Notes: a model not told the origin generated them from the letters alone. A stretch of 64,000 nucleotides of DNA from Leucoraja ocellata (GCA_036785375.1 JAWMAR010000421.1:1550001-1614000); one strand, 5' to 3'. Shown: positions 53,901 through 63,906, numbered from the stretch's first letter. A program made the numbers and translations.

Positions 53901-56900
53901 AGGAAGCTTTCCCTGAATATTCCCATTATCACGGGGGGAAAGGCCCTGGACCTTGCCACCATGACTTGCTCATCCAATGGCTATGCAAGCATGTACTCCT
54001 CGCCGTCCCCCTTCAGCAAGACCAGCCTGGATATCAACAAGCTGTACGTGTCCAGCACCTATTCCAACAAACTCTCCGATGAGCAAGAAGCCAAATCAGA
54101 CAAAGCCGAAGATTCTGGTCCCAGTAAAGGAGGTGAGTTGCGAGAACACTTCAAAAGCCAGTAGAGTTAAATGGTGAATGGTCAGGAAAAGAATCATTCT
54201 ACAACTCATGTCTTGGTGCCAGGGTTCTCAAGATGAAGCTGCTGTTGGTTTGGACAACACTTAGTGCTTGTCCCTAATTATGTTTGAGAATATGAAAGTG
54301 CTTCTCCCTGAACCTTGCAGTCTGTACTGTTCAAGGGAAGACACTACCCTCCTACTTAATGACAATGCGTAAATGGCAGCAATGGTGAGAGGGTGCGTGA
54401 GTTTTCCTTTGCACTTAACGTACAATGATAGGAAATATTTAATTGATATTAGTCATTGTGTACATCAGTTACTATTGAAAAATGGGCACTTCGCACTTTA
54501 CCTGGGAGCTTGGGGCTTTGACATATATATGTCCGGTATCTTGATTAGTTGATCCACTACTAGTAAAGGTGATGGCGTTTATGTGAGTAAGGCTAGTGTG
54601 GACAAAAAGGCTTATTTACTGTAGGCTGACTGCTTCTCATGTCAGCTATTGTAGTCAGGCCCCTTTCAGGCCAAGAAACACAGTCCTTCACTGAAATCGA
54701 CACTGAGAGGCCAATTATTTCATGCAGCCCCCCATTGAAAGAGAAAGTATTCCAGGTGACGATATGCATGGATTGAACGCACTCCAGACATATAATGAAT
54801 TTCTCATTTTGCAAGTAGGTGCAGCCAGGACAGTCAAGGAGGATTCCGAGATTGAGCAAGGCTTCAGTGATGAGGCTGAGACAGAAACATCACCGACAAA
54901 ATCTCCAACGTCTCCAAAAAAACTAAAATCAAAGAACTCCTCAGGTACGTAGTAAAGAACCAGGTGTCAACTCACGATAAGATCAAACAATCTCCTTCAA
55001 CCGGGGAACTTTGCGTCTCTGTTACCTTTTCCCGACTCTGTAACTTGTTTCGGATTCCTGTCTCTGTAATCTCTTTAGTCCCAACAGTCCTTGGAAAACT
55101 GTAACCACCTCTAACCTCTGCAACTCTCCAACACAGCATGGCCACCTCCATCCACAACAATCATATCATTTACACCACCTTCAGCCCTGACACTCTGAGA
55201 CCACTGCATTCTTCCATGTCTAGCTTTTTGTATTTATTCATTAATAGCCCCCTAGGTCCCAATATCTGGAATTCTCAAGCTTTTCCTCCTTTTAAAAGCA
55301 ACCATTGTGTTACCTGCCCCACTATCACCTTATGCAAGTGTCTAATTTTGTTTGATAATATTACAATAAATGTGTTCAGATGCACTTTCTCCAACTCAAA
55401 GATTTGTTACAATACATTTTCAGAAGGTTGTATTTCTTGTCTGACTAGTCTGCTCTACAGACATACATTTTAGGTAGAATCTTTCATGTCTTTTGTTTGT
55501 TTCTTTTTTGAAAATTCTACTCTTACTTTAATTGTCTCATTATTCTGTTTTATCAAGAATAATATAACTCATCATTATATAGCGGTTGTATTTCATACAG
55601 AAAAATAAAACTATTAATGCAGAGAATTTGGGGATATTGAAGGAATCAAGGGATATAGATGATTGCAAGAAAGTGTACACTGGAACAACTGCTATTAGCT
55701 TGTTGAATGGTGAAAGGCACGAGGGGCTAAATGGCTTTCTTCTGCTTTTAGCTTTTATATTCCCATTTTCTCACAAATGGCTTTCTAGAGAATGATATAC
55801 ACTATAGTATACATAAGTTGGCACAGCCAGTATAAGTTGAAATATATAACAAGCTAGTGATTGAAATAGCCAGGAGTTGTGGATTACCTGTGACCTTCTT
55901 TGACTCTGCAGAGTTCCCCTTGTTTTCCTACAATAACGGAGTGGTAGTCACCTCCAGTCGGGAGATGGAGAACAATCGTAGTGCACTGTCAGCGACCTCA
56001 GCATTTGCCATTGCGACGGCTGGTGCCAACGAGGGCACTCCCACCAAGGAGAAGTTCAGGAGAATGTCCCTGGCCAGCGCAGGTACCCTTTATTTTGGCA
56101 CGTGGGATCGGATTTCTTAATGAATCTTTATTAATAAAGTCCCCTGTTAATTGATTCTAGTCATAATAGTTACTCTAATAATCAGCAGAAGGCAGTTTCA
56201 AAGATTAATCAATGATGAAATTGTATTTCTGCCTGTTTTTACTATTAATGTAGTTAATGTATTTTCAGTGAAATCATGCTTTATTGGTGCTAGATTCGTA
56301 TGAAATATCAAAAAGGAGGCATGAGGTCCCTTGTGTCTGCCTCAGCTCTTTTAAAGAGCATTATATTGGGATCAGATCAATAAATAGCTAAACGTTCTTG
56401 ATTGTAAGTGAGGAATATAAATGACGCATTACATTCTCTTATGAACAATATTCTAAATTAGCGCAGATGATGATGAGTTGGCAGTGGTAACAGAGTGATA
56501 GTTGATGGTTAGCGAGGATCCACATAACACCACAATAGAGAACAGAGTTGAATTGATTTATGTCACAATGTAAGGTGGCCAGTAGCGAGACTGAGAGCCA
56601 ATAGAAATAAAAAAACTGGNNNNNNNNNNNNNNNNNNNNNNNNNNNNNNNNNNNNNNNNNNNNNNNNNNNNNNNNNNNNNNNNNNNNNNNNNNNNNNNNN
56701 NNNNNNNNNNNNNNNNNNNNNNNNNNNNNNNNNNNNNNNNNNNNNNNNNNNNNNNNNNNNNNNNNNNNNNNNNNNNNNNNNNNNNNNNNNNNNNNNNNNN
56801 NNNNNNNNNNNNNNNNNNNNNNNNNNNNNNNNNNNNNNNNNNNNNNNCTTAAAGGGGCAGGAACCAAAGCTGGAAATAGTTTTCGTATTTAATGTGAGAG

Positions 56901-59900
56901 AAATACATTTGTGCAGAATCACATGTTCCAAATGCACATTACAGCATGGTTGTACACTGCTGCTGAAATTCAGTTCCACTTATTTCACTGGTGAATTTTG
57001 AAAGTAGCTGCTGGTGTATGCATGTGGAGCACATATGAATGAGGACCTATTTCGACCCACTTGCTTAACTTTAACGGACCCTAGATAGACAGTGAAGGAA
57101 TCAAAGGATATGGAGTTAGTGACACAGAAGTAAAAAAACAGCCATGATCTTACTGAATGATAGGGAATCATGATTGTGATTATTATATTCTTATCTCGCT
57201 GAAATTTGGTGCGAGATAGTGAACCTGTTTGGGCACAAAATTGCAAATGTGATTTGTTCTTGGCATAATTTTCTGACTGTTGGCATAATTAAACAAGCTC
57301 AAACATGCTAGGTTTCGGATTCCTGTGTTAAGTTCACAGCTTGCATCTACCAGACACAACAGGGCAGAGCCTCACGATGGGCCCCAACTTTAAAAGTTCC
57401 TCTTTCACTCAAACGTCACTACAGCTGTTCACTTCAGAAACCCCCCAAACCCAAACCAGCTCTCTCTTCCTCTTTCGGCATGCTGGGGCTGAAACACTAT
57501 CGTTGTGAGCAAACCTTCTCCCAACAGAAACCACTGCACATGGCCTACGTGGTGAAAGATAGCTCAGCACAGATTACTCGAGGGTGGCACAGTGGCACTG
57601 CAGTGGATTTACTTCCTACTTCGCCAGAGACCTGGGTTTAAACCTGACTACAGGTGCTGTCTGTGCGGAGTTTGCATGTTCTCGCTGTGACCTCATGAGT
57701 TTTCTGCAGTTGCTCTGGCTTTCTCCCACATTCCAAAGATGTGCAGGTTTGTAGGTTAATTAGCTTCTGTAAATTATACCTAGTGTGTAGGATAGAACTA
57801 GTGTATGAGGGATCATTGATTGTGTGGACTCGGGGGGCTGAAGGGCCTGTTTTCCACGCTGTATCTCCCAACTAAACTAAACAGTGTAAATTGTTGCATG
57901 TGGCCTAGCACTGCAACCCGAGCTAAGCTACAGTTGCATTATCATTTTCATAACTAAGACAAGTCTAACATAGATAGTCAGGTTCTGTCAGACTCAAGTT
58001 GGTAGGCCAAGCTCCAGTGTGAGAGAGGGAGAGATATAATCAAATGCTTAGTCGTCAGCTCCCAATAGATGATGTGCCGAGGTGGTGTCTGATGTTCACT
58101 ATTATTTCTGAATACATTTTTGCATTGATTCCAGGCTTTCCTGCTGATCAGAGAATTTGTGACAAAGAATTTGTCATTCGAAGAGCAGCTACAAATCGTG
58201 TGCTCAACGTGTTGAGGCATTGGGTCTCAAAGCATTCCCAGGTAGTGCTTAGCTTCAATGTTCGTATCCAATGGAACTTGATGTGCGTAAAAGAGGGTCG
58301 TGTCCTCCTGGTTTGATTCAAATGTGGTTCATATATTACCGAGTAGGTCCACTACAGGTATTATTTCCATAAACCTTGTGATCGGTTCTTTGGAATGTTA
58401 TTATTCCACTGTTCCATGCTGTTAAACAAGGTGTATCAGAGGATTATCTCATACTGTGGTTTCATTGATCCGAGGTACAATCTTGGCTTGCCTTACAAGC
58501 TGCATTGGATCAGATAAGATGCAATCACTGAACAGATGACAGAGGTTCCCCTTCTCTGCTGTGGCCACTGTCAGGAACCAGTCAAGAGCATTTGATTTAA
58601 GTGTTTGGGAAATGATAAAGGCAGAAGAGTTTAATTGCACGCCTGGTATCCTGGTGTGCGATCGTCCAACTGCACAGGAGTATAACATTCCAATGTGGGT
58701 ACCACGGGACAAGGGAAGCCATTCACAGTCTCTGCTCCTCCTCTGCAAAGCGCTGCAGTAGGATATTTCTCATTCACAGACAATGAAATACTTTTAAAGT
58801 CTAGATACTGTCGCAGTATGAGAAATAAACTCACCAATTTGCATATGTTACAATAGGTATACTTCATAATATGCACAGTTTTCTTGTTTTCCTTACATTC
58901 ATTTTACCATCAATCCTATACGCTCTCTTACAATGTGTCCATGCCAGTCATGTTTCTTCCTTAAACAGTGTAGCTGTGGAGCCTTTGAAAGGCTGTTACA
59001 CAAACACAGCACCCCAGTGGCAGCTGGGCCCTCCACAGAGCCTTCATGGTGTCTGCATGGAGGCTCAGCACATACCCTTGCACCCTGGTATGTACCAGTT
59101 AGCAGAATCTGCTTATGGACATTTCACCCTGGAAGTTCAATCGGTTTCAAGCAGACCAAAGTGTGTCTTTCACCAAGTTAATTATTTTCCAGAGGCGATT
59201 TATGTTATCTCATTGTGCATTCCTGCAGACAACCCATGGATCACAAAGTCCTCTGGTACACAGCTGATCACGGCAAACCTCAGCAGGAAACACTACAGCA
59301 TATCCCAGACTTTCTCTCGGAAGAAACAGTACAGGAATGGCAGCGTATTTCTCAAAATTGTTTTCCTTGGCATCAATAACCATGTTAGATGCAGGAAGAT
59401 TGTTCCCGATGTTGGGGAAGTCCAGGACAAGGGGTCACAGCTTAAGGATAAAGGGGAAATCCTTTAAAACCGAGATGAGAAGAACTTTTTTCACGCAGAG
59501 TGGTGAATCTCTGGAACTCTCTGCCACAGAGGGTAGTTGAGGCCAGTTCATTGGCTATATTTAAGAGGGAGTTAGATGTGGCCCTTGTGGCTAAGTGGAT
59601 CAGGGGGTATGGAGAGAAGGCAGGTACGGGATACTGAGTTGGATGATCAGCCATGATCATATTGAATGGCGGTGCAGGCTCGAAGGGCCGAATGGCCTAC
59701 TCCTGCACCTAATTTCTATGTTTCTATGTTTCTAATAACCATGTAGGACTCACAGCCACCCGTTTGGGTTAAAGTATCCCGGACACAAATTGTAAAATAT
59801 CCCACTGCGGCAGAAATTAATTCATCAATCTACCACAAAAAATAGATTGACATAATTTGCTTCATTTATACATAGAAACATAGAAAATAGGTGCCATTCG

Positions 59901-62900
59901 GCCCTTCGAGCCTGCACCGCCATTCAATATGATCATGGCTGATCATCCAACTCAGTATCCTGTACCTGCCTTCTCTCCATACCCCCTGATCCCTTTAGCC
60001 ACAAGGGCCACATCTAACTCCCTCTTAAATATAGCCAATGAACTGGCCTCAACTACCTTCTGTGGCAGAGAATTCCAGAGATTCACCACTCTCTGTGTGA
60101 AAAATGTTTTCCTCATCTCGGTCCTAAACGATTTCCCCCTTATCCTTAAACTGTGACCCCTTGTTCTGGACTTCCCCAACATCGGGAACAATCTTCCTGC
60201 ATCTAGCCTGTCCAACCCCTTAAGAATTTTGTAAGTTTCTATAAGATCCCCCCTCAATCTTCTAAATTCTAGCGAGTACAAACCGAGTCTATCCAGTGTT
60301 TCTTCATATGAAAGTCCTGACATCCCAGGAATCAGTCTGGTGAACCTTCTCTGTACTCCCTCTATGGCAAGAATGTCTTTCCTCAGATTAGAAGACCAAA
60401 ACTGAACGCAATACTCTAGGTGTGGGCTCACCAAGACCCTGTACAACTGCAGTAGAACCTCCCTGCTCCTATACTCAAATCCTTTTGCTATGAATGCTAA
60501 CATACCATTCGCCTTCTTCACTGCCTGCTGCACCTGCATGCCTACTTTTAATGACTGGTGTACCATGACACCCAGGTCTTGTTGCATCTCCCCCTTTCCT
60601 AATCGGCCACCATTCAGATAATAGTCTACTTTCCTGTTTTTGCCACCAAAGTGGATAACCTCACATTTATCCACATTATACTGCATCTGCCATGCATTTG
60701 CCCACTCGCCCAGCCTATCCAAGTCACCTTGCAGCCTCCTAGCATCCTCCACACAGCTAACACTGCCCCCCAGCTTTGTGTCATCCGCAAACTTGGAGAT
60801 GTTGCCTTCAATTCCCTCGTCCAAATCATTAATATATATTGTAAATAGCTGGGGTCCCAGCACTGAGCCTTGCGGTACCCCGCAGAGATATATGAGATCT
60901 TTGTTCATCCAGTTAGACTATTAGGATTGTCACACAATAAAAACAGTGACTACATTTTAAAGAATGGCTGAAGTCCATTTGGGTCATTCCTGAAATGTGA
61001 AAGGTGCTTTATAATGTCAGCCATCCCTCCATACGATGCATATGGTACATGATGGGAAATTTAGCCACAGTTTTTGTAATTGGAGTCCCAGAAATATTAA
61101 ATGTTAATTGTTCTTCATCTATAGGATTTTGAAGCAAACATCGAGTTAAAAACCAAAGTGATTGTTTTTCTGGAGGAAGTTATTCATGACCCTGAATTGC
61201 TAACTCAAGAGAGGAAAGCAGCAGCTAACATCATCAGGCAAGTTCTCCTAAGCAGGATTTTACTCCAACAAAACGATGAAATCGTAATGCGGATTACTTA
61301 ATGGAAGGGATACTTCTTCAGGGTGAACCAGGTGATATTCCACAGAACCTGCAATTTGGAAACTGACCATTTGGCATCTGGTTCCTGCAGGTGTTCCTGT
61401 TCCTCCTTAAACACCCCCTGCCAATCCTTGTCTCTTTCCCCACCACCATACCCTTTATTTTATTGGTAATTTGTTTACCTAGATTCCTCTTAAATCCATT
61501 TTGATTATTGATTTCAACCATTGTGGAAATGGGTGGCTTGTCGTGATTGTGTCTGACTCCACCACCCAAGCTGCCACAACTCCAGCAAGTACAAGTTGGT
61601 GGAGCTGAGCATCATTGGTGTGAGTACAGGTATCAGGTCAATGGACGTCTATCCATAGGGGAAATAAATGTGTTTTAATGAAGCTCTTGCTGGATTTTGT
61701 ACTTGTATCTCTGTGCTAAATGTACTTCCTCGTCCACCCACTCAGTATTTTAAAGACTTGCCATCTTCCTGTGTTTAATAACACAGCATTTCCAATTTCT
61801 AGGACACTGAATGAAGGCGACCCAGGATATTACCAAATCCCTATGGAAGAGATTATGAGCACGGTTGGTATCATTGTTTCTCTCCGCTTTGAGGGTTTCT
61901 GTGCTTTACAACCTTTATATTAAAATTCCATCTTTTTTTCCTCCTCTTTGAAAAGACGGAAGCAGAGACTTTTGAGAATCTTTCTGCCCTGGAGATAGCT
62001 GAAGAGTTGACTTTGTTGGACCACCTGGTCTTTGGGTGCATTCCATATGAGTAAGTCACTTCCTTCTTTTTAGACTTCCTTCATGTCAGTACAGAGGTGG
62101 CTGATGAGGCTTCTGTGGGATCTGCAGATTATGCTTCAGGTGTTTGACAGGGCAGTTGGTTGGGTAGTATGGGAGATGTGTACTCCTTCATTGGTGTGTT
62201 TGGCTTCCCTTTGCGCCCTACAAAGAGACACCGAGTGCTCAGTGCCTTCCTGAATGCTCCTTCAACATGCATATCAGTCATGAGACAAGGATTCCCAGGA
62301 GTCAGTGTGGATGTTGTATTTTTCCAAGAACATCCTTGAAGCATTTTTGTAGTCTAGTTACTCTCTTACTGTGATAGAATATGAGGTAGAGGGCATGTTC
62401 TGAGTACGTAAACAAAATGACTTGGTGATGAAACTTCCAAACCTTGATGTTGGGATCATTGCACTGGGGGAAGTTCAGAATCGGCTTGCCTATCATCTAA
62501 TGGACTAAGAAGATTTTGCAGAGGTAGAGCTGGAGGTACCTCTCCAGTGCTTTGTGGTCAGATGTACTAGGCATAAAGGAGGGTGGAGGCCAATGCTGCA
62601 CTGTGGATCATGAACATGGTGGTATGTTTGTGGGTGTTGATCTTCAAACACTCTTTTCTTCGGATGACCTAAAGCTTGTTGGTATACTAGCGAGCTGAAG
62701 ACTAATTCATGTAGTTTATTGGTCCTTTTGGCCCATCTGGATTATACTCTTGATCGGGCTCTAGAGATGGCCTTTAATTTCTCTTTTCTCTTAACAGCTA
62801 CAAGCACCTTCTCTGCTCCATCCTAAAAATGGTGTTTGCAATTTAAATATCTCTATTGATTTATCTCTCAATCTCCCCTTATCTAAAGAGACATTTCCAC

Positions 62901-63059
62901 ATTACAAGGTGCAGGAAAACGTTAATCAGAAAATATCACAGAATAAAATGTTCACTTATTTGTTTTCTATGCAGGGAATTTTTTGGTCAAGGTTGGATGA
63001 AACCTGAGAAGAACGAGAGAGCACCCTACATTATGAAAACCACCAAACATTTCAATGAT
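14655..63059 (+). CDS. RASGRF1: Ras-specific guanine nucleotide-releasing factor 1, spliced gene model (exons 1-22, 3' end outside the window)
   Basis: 22 exons with compatible phases join to 1068 codons with no stop. The N-terminus [11 protein letters not shown] matches RASGRF1 rather than RASGRF2 (MQKSVRYNEGH, recalled). Domain order is PH-CC-IQ-DH-PH-REM-CDC25. Confidence 0.97.
14975..15345. repeat. Degenerate minisatellite (core ccaatatccagtgccc) at the start of intron 1
   Basis: Recurring ccagt/caatatc units spaced roughly 20-30 bp apart. Confidence 0.7.
20561..20957. repeat. Long imperfect inverted repeat (foldback)
   Basis: Arms of about 175 bp (roughly 20561-20735 and 20785-20957), e.g. 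aaaatgtagatttccttccttgaaccag versus ctggttcaaggaaagaaatctacatttt. Confidence 0.85.
23100..24360 (+). mobile_element. Old, heavily degraded LINE (APE endonuclease to RT remnants)
   Basis: TNIWGL...KLGELLH...DLVVLKES resembles an APE N-terminus; RT-like remnants follow. Confidence 0.55.
24451..24664. mobile_element. Palindromic short element with hammerhead-like core
   Basis: Inverted arms; perfect 14-bp TSD catgatattgaaca (24437-24450 and 24665-24678); minus strand CTGAAGAAGGGTCTCGACCCAAAACGTC. Confidence 0.82.
25748..25974 (-). mobile_element. Non-LTR retroelement 3' end
   Basis: (TCTTGA)n tail and AATAAA on the minus strand; flanking gcaagt 6-bp duplication. Confidence 0.6.
30110..31160 (+). 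mobile_element. CR1-clade LINE RT/3' fragment, degraded
   Basis: SGVPQG..GP, degenerate [24 protein letters not shown]...WNKLP; tctatgac tail. Confidence 0.9.
31830..32350 (-). mobile_element. Degraded CR1 3' fragment
   Basis: Similar to the CR1 3' UTR (gagtaggccatc...gatcatggctgatc). Confidence 0.6.
33417..33517. mobile_element. Single-arm copy of the palindromic short element
   Basis: tgtttaagaaggaactgcagatgctgg terminus; 16-bp TSD ctgcgc(a/g)ttctagagt. Confidence 0.78.
34148..34764 (+). mobile_element. CR1-clade LINE 3' fragment with intact ORF2 C-terminus
   Basis: 168-aa open frame (LVRPNLEY...RGHDFRIKG...WNELP); (TTATATGG)n tail; possible tacatt TSD. Confidence 0.92.
34827..34933 (+). 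CDS. RASGRF1: RASGRF1 exon 2 ([36 protein letters not shown])
   Basis: 107 nt, ccgcag| acceptor, AG|gtaggt donor; PH1 C-terminal W helix; not captured in the ORF track. Confidence 0.95.
35195..35465 (+). mobile_element. HE1-like SINE
   Basis: A-box-like tggcttagctag, ccagagacccgg; body similar to the 10344 copy. Confidence 0.75.
36140..36790. repeat. 32-33 bp degenerate tandem repeat (ccctcagtactgcccctccgacagtgcagcact-like)
   Basis: Core recurs at 36431, 36464, 36497, 36529 and 36561; related units at 33530-33730. Confidence 0.8.
37606..38085 (-). mobile_element. CR1 3' fragment
   Basis: [18 protein letters not shown] and the family 3' UTR. Confidence 0.8.
40908..41055 (+). CDS. RASGRF1: RASGRF1 exon 3 (coiled coil, YRNLATEHE...RLKAE)
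   Basis: 148 nt, aacag| acceptor, |gtagga donor. Confidence 0.96.
41348..41440 (+). CDS. RASGRF1: RASGRF1 exon 4 ([12 protein letters not shown]...RKIKK)
   Basis: 93 nt, polypyrimidine tract then aacag| acceptor, |gtaaga donor. Confidence 0.95.
41817..42070 (+). CDS. RASGRF1: RASGRF1 exon 5 (IQ motif [13 protein letters not shown] and start of DH)
   Basis: 254 nt, caacag| acceptor, AG|gtatcc donor. Confidence 0.96.
42579..42658 (+). CDS. RASGRF1: RASGRF1 exon 6 ([10 protein letters not shown]...PTLVL)
   Basis: 80 nt, ttccag| acceptor, G|gtaggt donor. Confidence 0.96.
42970..43135. mobile_element. Diverged palindromic short element
   Basis: Inverted arms; degraded core ctgatatagggtctcgaccagaaacc on the minus strand. 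Confidence 0.65.
44505..44698 (+). CDS. RASGRF1: RASGRF1 exon 7 ([10 protein letters not shown]...YPMFQ)
   Basis: 194 nt, cacag| acceptor, CAG|gtgaaa donor. Confidence 0.96.
45205..45314 (+). CDS. RASGRF1: RASGRF1 exon 8 ([12 protein letters not shown]...LEELS-R)
   Basis: 110 nt, ccttag| acceptor, |gtgagt donor. Confidence 0.96.
45937..46055 (+). CDS. RASGRF1: RASGRF1 exon 9 (IMHDEVSE...TFVRQ-G)
   Basis: 119 nt, tcacag| acceptor, |gtaatg donor. Confidence 0.96.
47509..47669 (+). CDS. RASGRF1: RASGRF1 exon 10 (PH2, [10 protein letters not shown]...LHLTK)
   Basis: 161 nt, acccag| acceptor, AAA|gtaggt donor; ends in phase 0. Confidence 0.96.
48679..48699 (+). CDS. RASGRF1: Candidate alternative 21-nt microexon (MLFDSKR) in intron 10
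   Basis: ttttgtttttcag|ATGCTGTTTGACAGTAAACGA|gtaagt; phase 0/0 matches the intron, no stop codon; no expression evidence. Confidence 0.5.
49338..49401 (+). CDS. RASGRF1: RASGRF1 exon 11 ([22 protein letters not shown])
   Basis: 64 nt, ttacag| acceptor, A|gtatgt donor. Confidence 0.95.
49757..50232 (+). mobile_element. CR1 3' fragment
   Basis: [13 protein letters not shown]...[13 protein letters not shown]; tctatgac tail. Confidence 0.88.
50539..50675 (+). CDS. RASGRF1: RASGRF1 exon 12 ([12 protein letters not shown]...WTSDISQ)
   Basis: 137 nt, tgccag| acceptor, CAG|gtgagt donor. Confidence 0.95.
51203..51285 (+). CDS. RASGRF1: RASGRF1 exon 13 ([28 protein letters not shown])
   Basis: 83 nt, ctccag| acceptor, AA|gtaagt donor. 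Confidence 0.96.
51820..52675 (-). mobile_element. Rex1/Babar-like LINE fragment, degraded
   Basis: Minus-strand [10 protein letters not shown](K/R)FL and PSGRRY...TRLRNSFF motifs. Confidence 0.7.
53064..53312 (+). CDS. RASGRF1: RASGRF1 exon 14 ([14 protein letters not shown]...AIPA-R)
   Basis: 249 nt, tggcag| acceptor, AG|gtgatg donor. Confidence 0.96.
53762..54132 (+). CDS. RASGRF1: RASGRF1 exon 15 (SLELFLASS...RRRKLSL...GPSKG)
   Basis: 371 nt, atgtag| acceptor, G|gtgagt donor; a second in-frame AG lies 18 nt upstream. Confidence 0.93.
54819..54944 (+). CDS. RASGRF1: RASGRF1 exon 16 ([11 protein letters not shown]...TSPTKSP...KNSS)
   Basis: 126 nt, donor CAG|gtacgt; acceptor is ambiguous among three in-frame AGs (exon start 54816, 54819 or 54825). 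Confidence 0.88.
55912..56082 (+). CDS. RASGRF1: RASGRF1 exon 17 ([10 protein letters not shown]...[10 protein letters not shown])
   Basis: 171 nt, ctgcag| acceptor, G|gtaccc donor; retains the RRMS PKA-type phosphorylation motif. Confidence 0.96.
56620..56847. other. Assembly gap (228 N)
   Basis: Run of N; no expected RASGRF1 exon is missing across it, since exons 17 and 18 join in frame. Confidence 0.99.
57581..57881 (+). mobile_element. HE1-like SINE
   Basis: Same body as the 10344 copy; (CTAAA)n tail. Confidence 0.8.
58135..58241 (+). CDS. RASGRF1: RASGRF1 exon 18 ([12 protein letters not shown]...WVSKHSQ)
   Basis: 107 nt, ttccag| acceptor, CAG|gtagtg donor. Confidence 0.96.
59386..59733 (+). 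mobile_element. Young CR1 3' fragment with 11-bp TSD
   Basis: aataaccatgt at 59375-59385 and 59734-59744; (TTTCTATG)n tail. Confidence 0.92.
59870..60881 (-). mobile_element. Young CR1 LINE, 5'-truncated, with uninterrupted RT C-terminal ORF
   Basis: [10 protein letters not shown]...YINDL...SKFADDTK...LQGDLDRL through to the stop with no disablements; (TTTCTATG)n tail. Confidence 0.95.
61125..61237 (+). CDS. RASGRF1: RASGRF1 exon 19 ([11 protein letters not shown]...AAANII-R), GC donor
   Basis: 113 nt, ctatag| acceptor, AG|gcaagt donor (non-canonical GC). Confidence 0.93.
61803..61863 (+). CDS. RASGRF1: RASGRF1 exon 20 ([20 protein letters not shown])
   Basis: 61 nt, ttctag| acceptor, ACG|gttggt donor. 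Confidence 0.88.
61956..62050 (+). CDS. RASGRF1: RASGRF1 exon 21 ([32 protein letters not shown]), start of CDC25 domain
   Basis: 95 nt, polypyrimidine tract then gaaaag| acceptor, GA|gtaagt donor; 5' boundary less certain. Confidence 0.87.
62230..62750 (-). mobile_element. Degraded RTE-like LINE fragment
   Basis: Minus-strand [15 protein letters not shown] resembles the RTE H.K.LE.FHQRCLRKI motif. Confidence 0.5.
62975..63059 (+). CDS. RASGRF1: RASGRF1 exon 22 ([28 protein letters not shown])
   Basis: 85 nt, atgcag| acceptor, GAT|gtgagt donor. Confidence 0.96.
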
Positions 63060-63517
63060 GTGAGTGCAGCCATTGAACAAACTGTATACATTGCGTTTCT
63101 TCACTGAAGTGTCCTTTGTCTCGAGTGCAAGGCTCAATGAAGTTGAGAGGAATTTAGCTTCTTTGGGTAAATGAGATCTGACGTGATGTGATGGAATAGT
63201 AGTGTCGACAAGCTTGAGAGTGTCGGTCATGCTCCGAGCATTAGAACATTGCATAAAGGAATTGTCAACTGGCATAAAAACCTCTTGAGAATCAAGTACT
63301 TATTTTAAAATCCCCCAGCTAATACAGATCTATTCCCAAGACAATGAGTGACACTCTGCATGTTGTAAGAGAGCTATCTTCTTGCTAAACTCATCAATTT
63401 GACATTATTTTTACATGCCAGCCCATCCTGATTCCCAGCATGGAGTAATCTTAAACTTCCTTTACCCTACTTCTAACAGAGAGTTCTCCTCCACCTGACT
63501 TGCTTCATATCTTCCTT

Positions 63518-63906
63518 CATAGAAACATAGAAATTAGGTGCAGGAGTAGGCCATTCGGCCCTTCGAGCCTGCACTGCCATTCAATATGATCATGGCTGAT
63601 CATCCAACTCAGTATCCCGTAGCTGCCTTCTCTCCATACCCCCTGATCCCTTTAGCCACAAGGGCCACATCTAACTCCCTGTTAAATATCGCCAATGAAC
63701 TGGCCTCAACTACCCTCTGTGGCAGAGAGTTCCACAGATTCACCACTCTCTGCGTGAAAAAAGTTCTTCTCATCTCGGTTTTAAAGGATTTCCCCCTTAT
63801 CCTTAAGCTGTGACCCCTTGTCCTGGACTTCCCTAACATTGGGAACAATCTTCCTGCATCTAGCCTGTCCAACCCCTTAAGAATTTTGTAAGTTTCTATA
63901 AGATCC
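63518..63906 (-). mobile_element. Young CR1 3' fragment
   Basis: Near-identical, in inverted orientation, to 59386-59733. Confidence 0.92.

Noticed and set aside
58871-59467. 198-aa intronic ORF
   Set aside because: No recognisable motif; it ends inside a CR1 copy out of frame and is probably a chance ORF.
59952-60908. 318-aa reverse transcriptase ORF as a gene or a retron-like system
   Set aside because: It is the 5'-truncated C-terminus of CR1 ORF2; the first residues come from flanking DNA and the N-terminal RT and endonuclease are missing.
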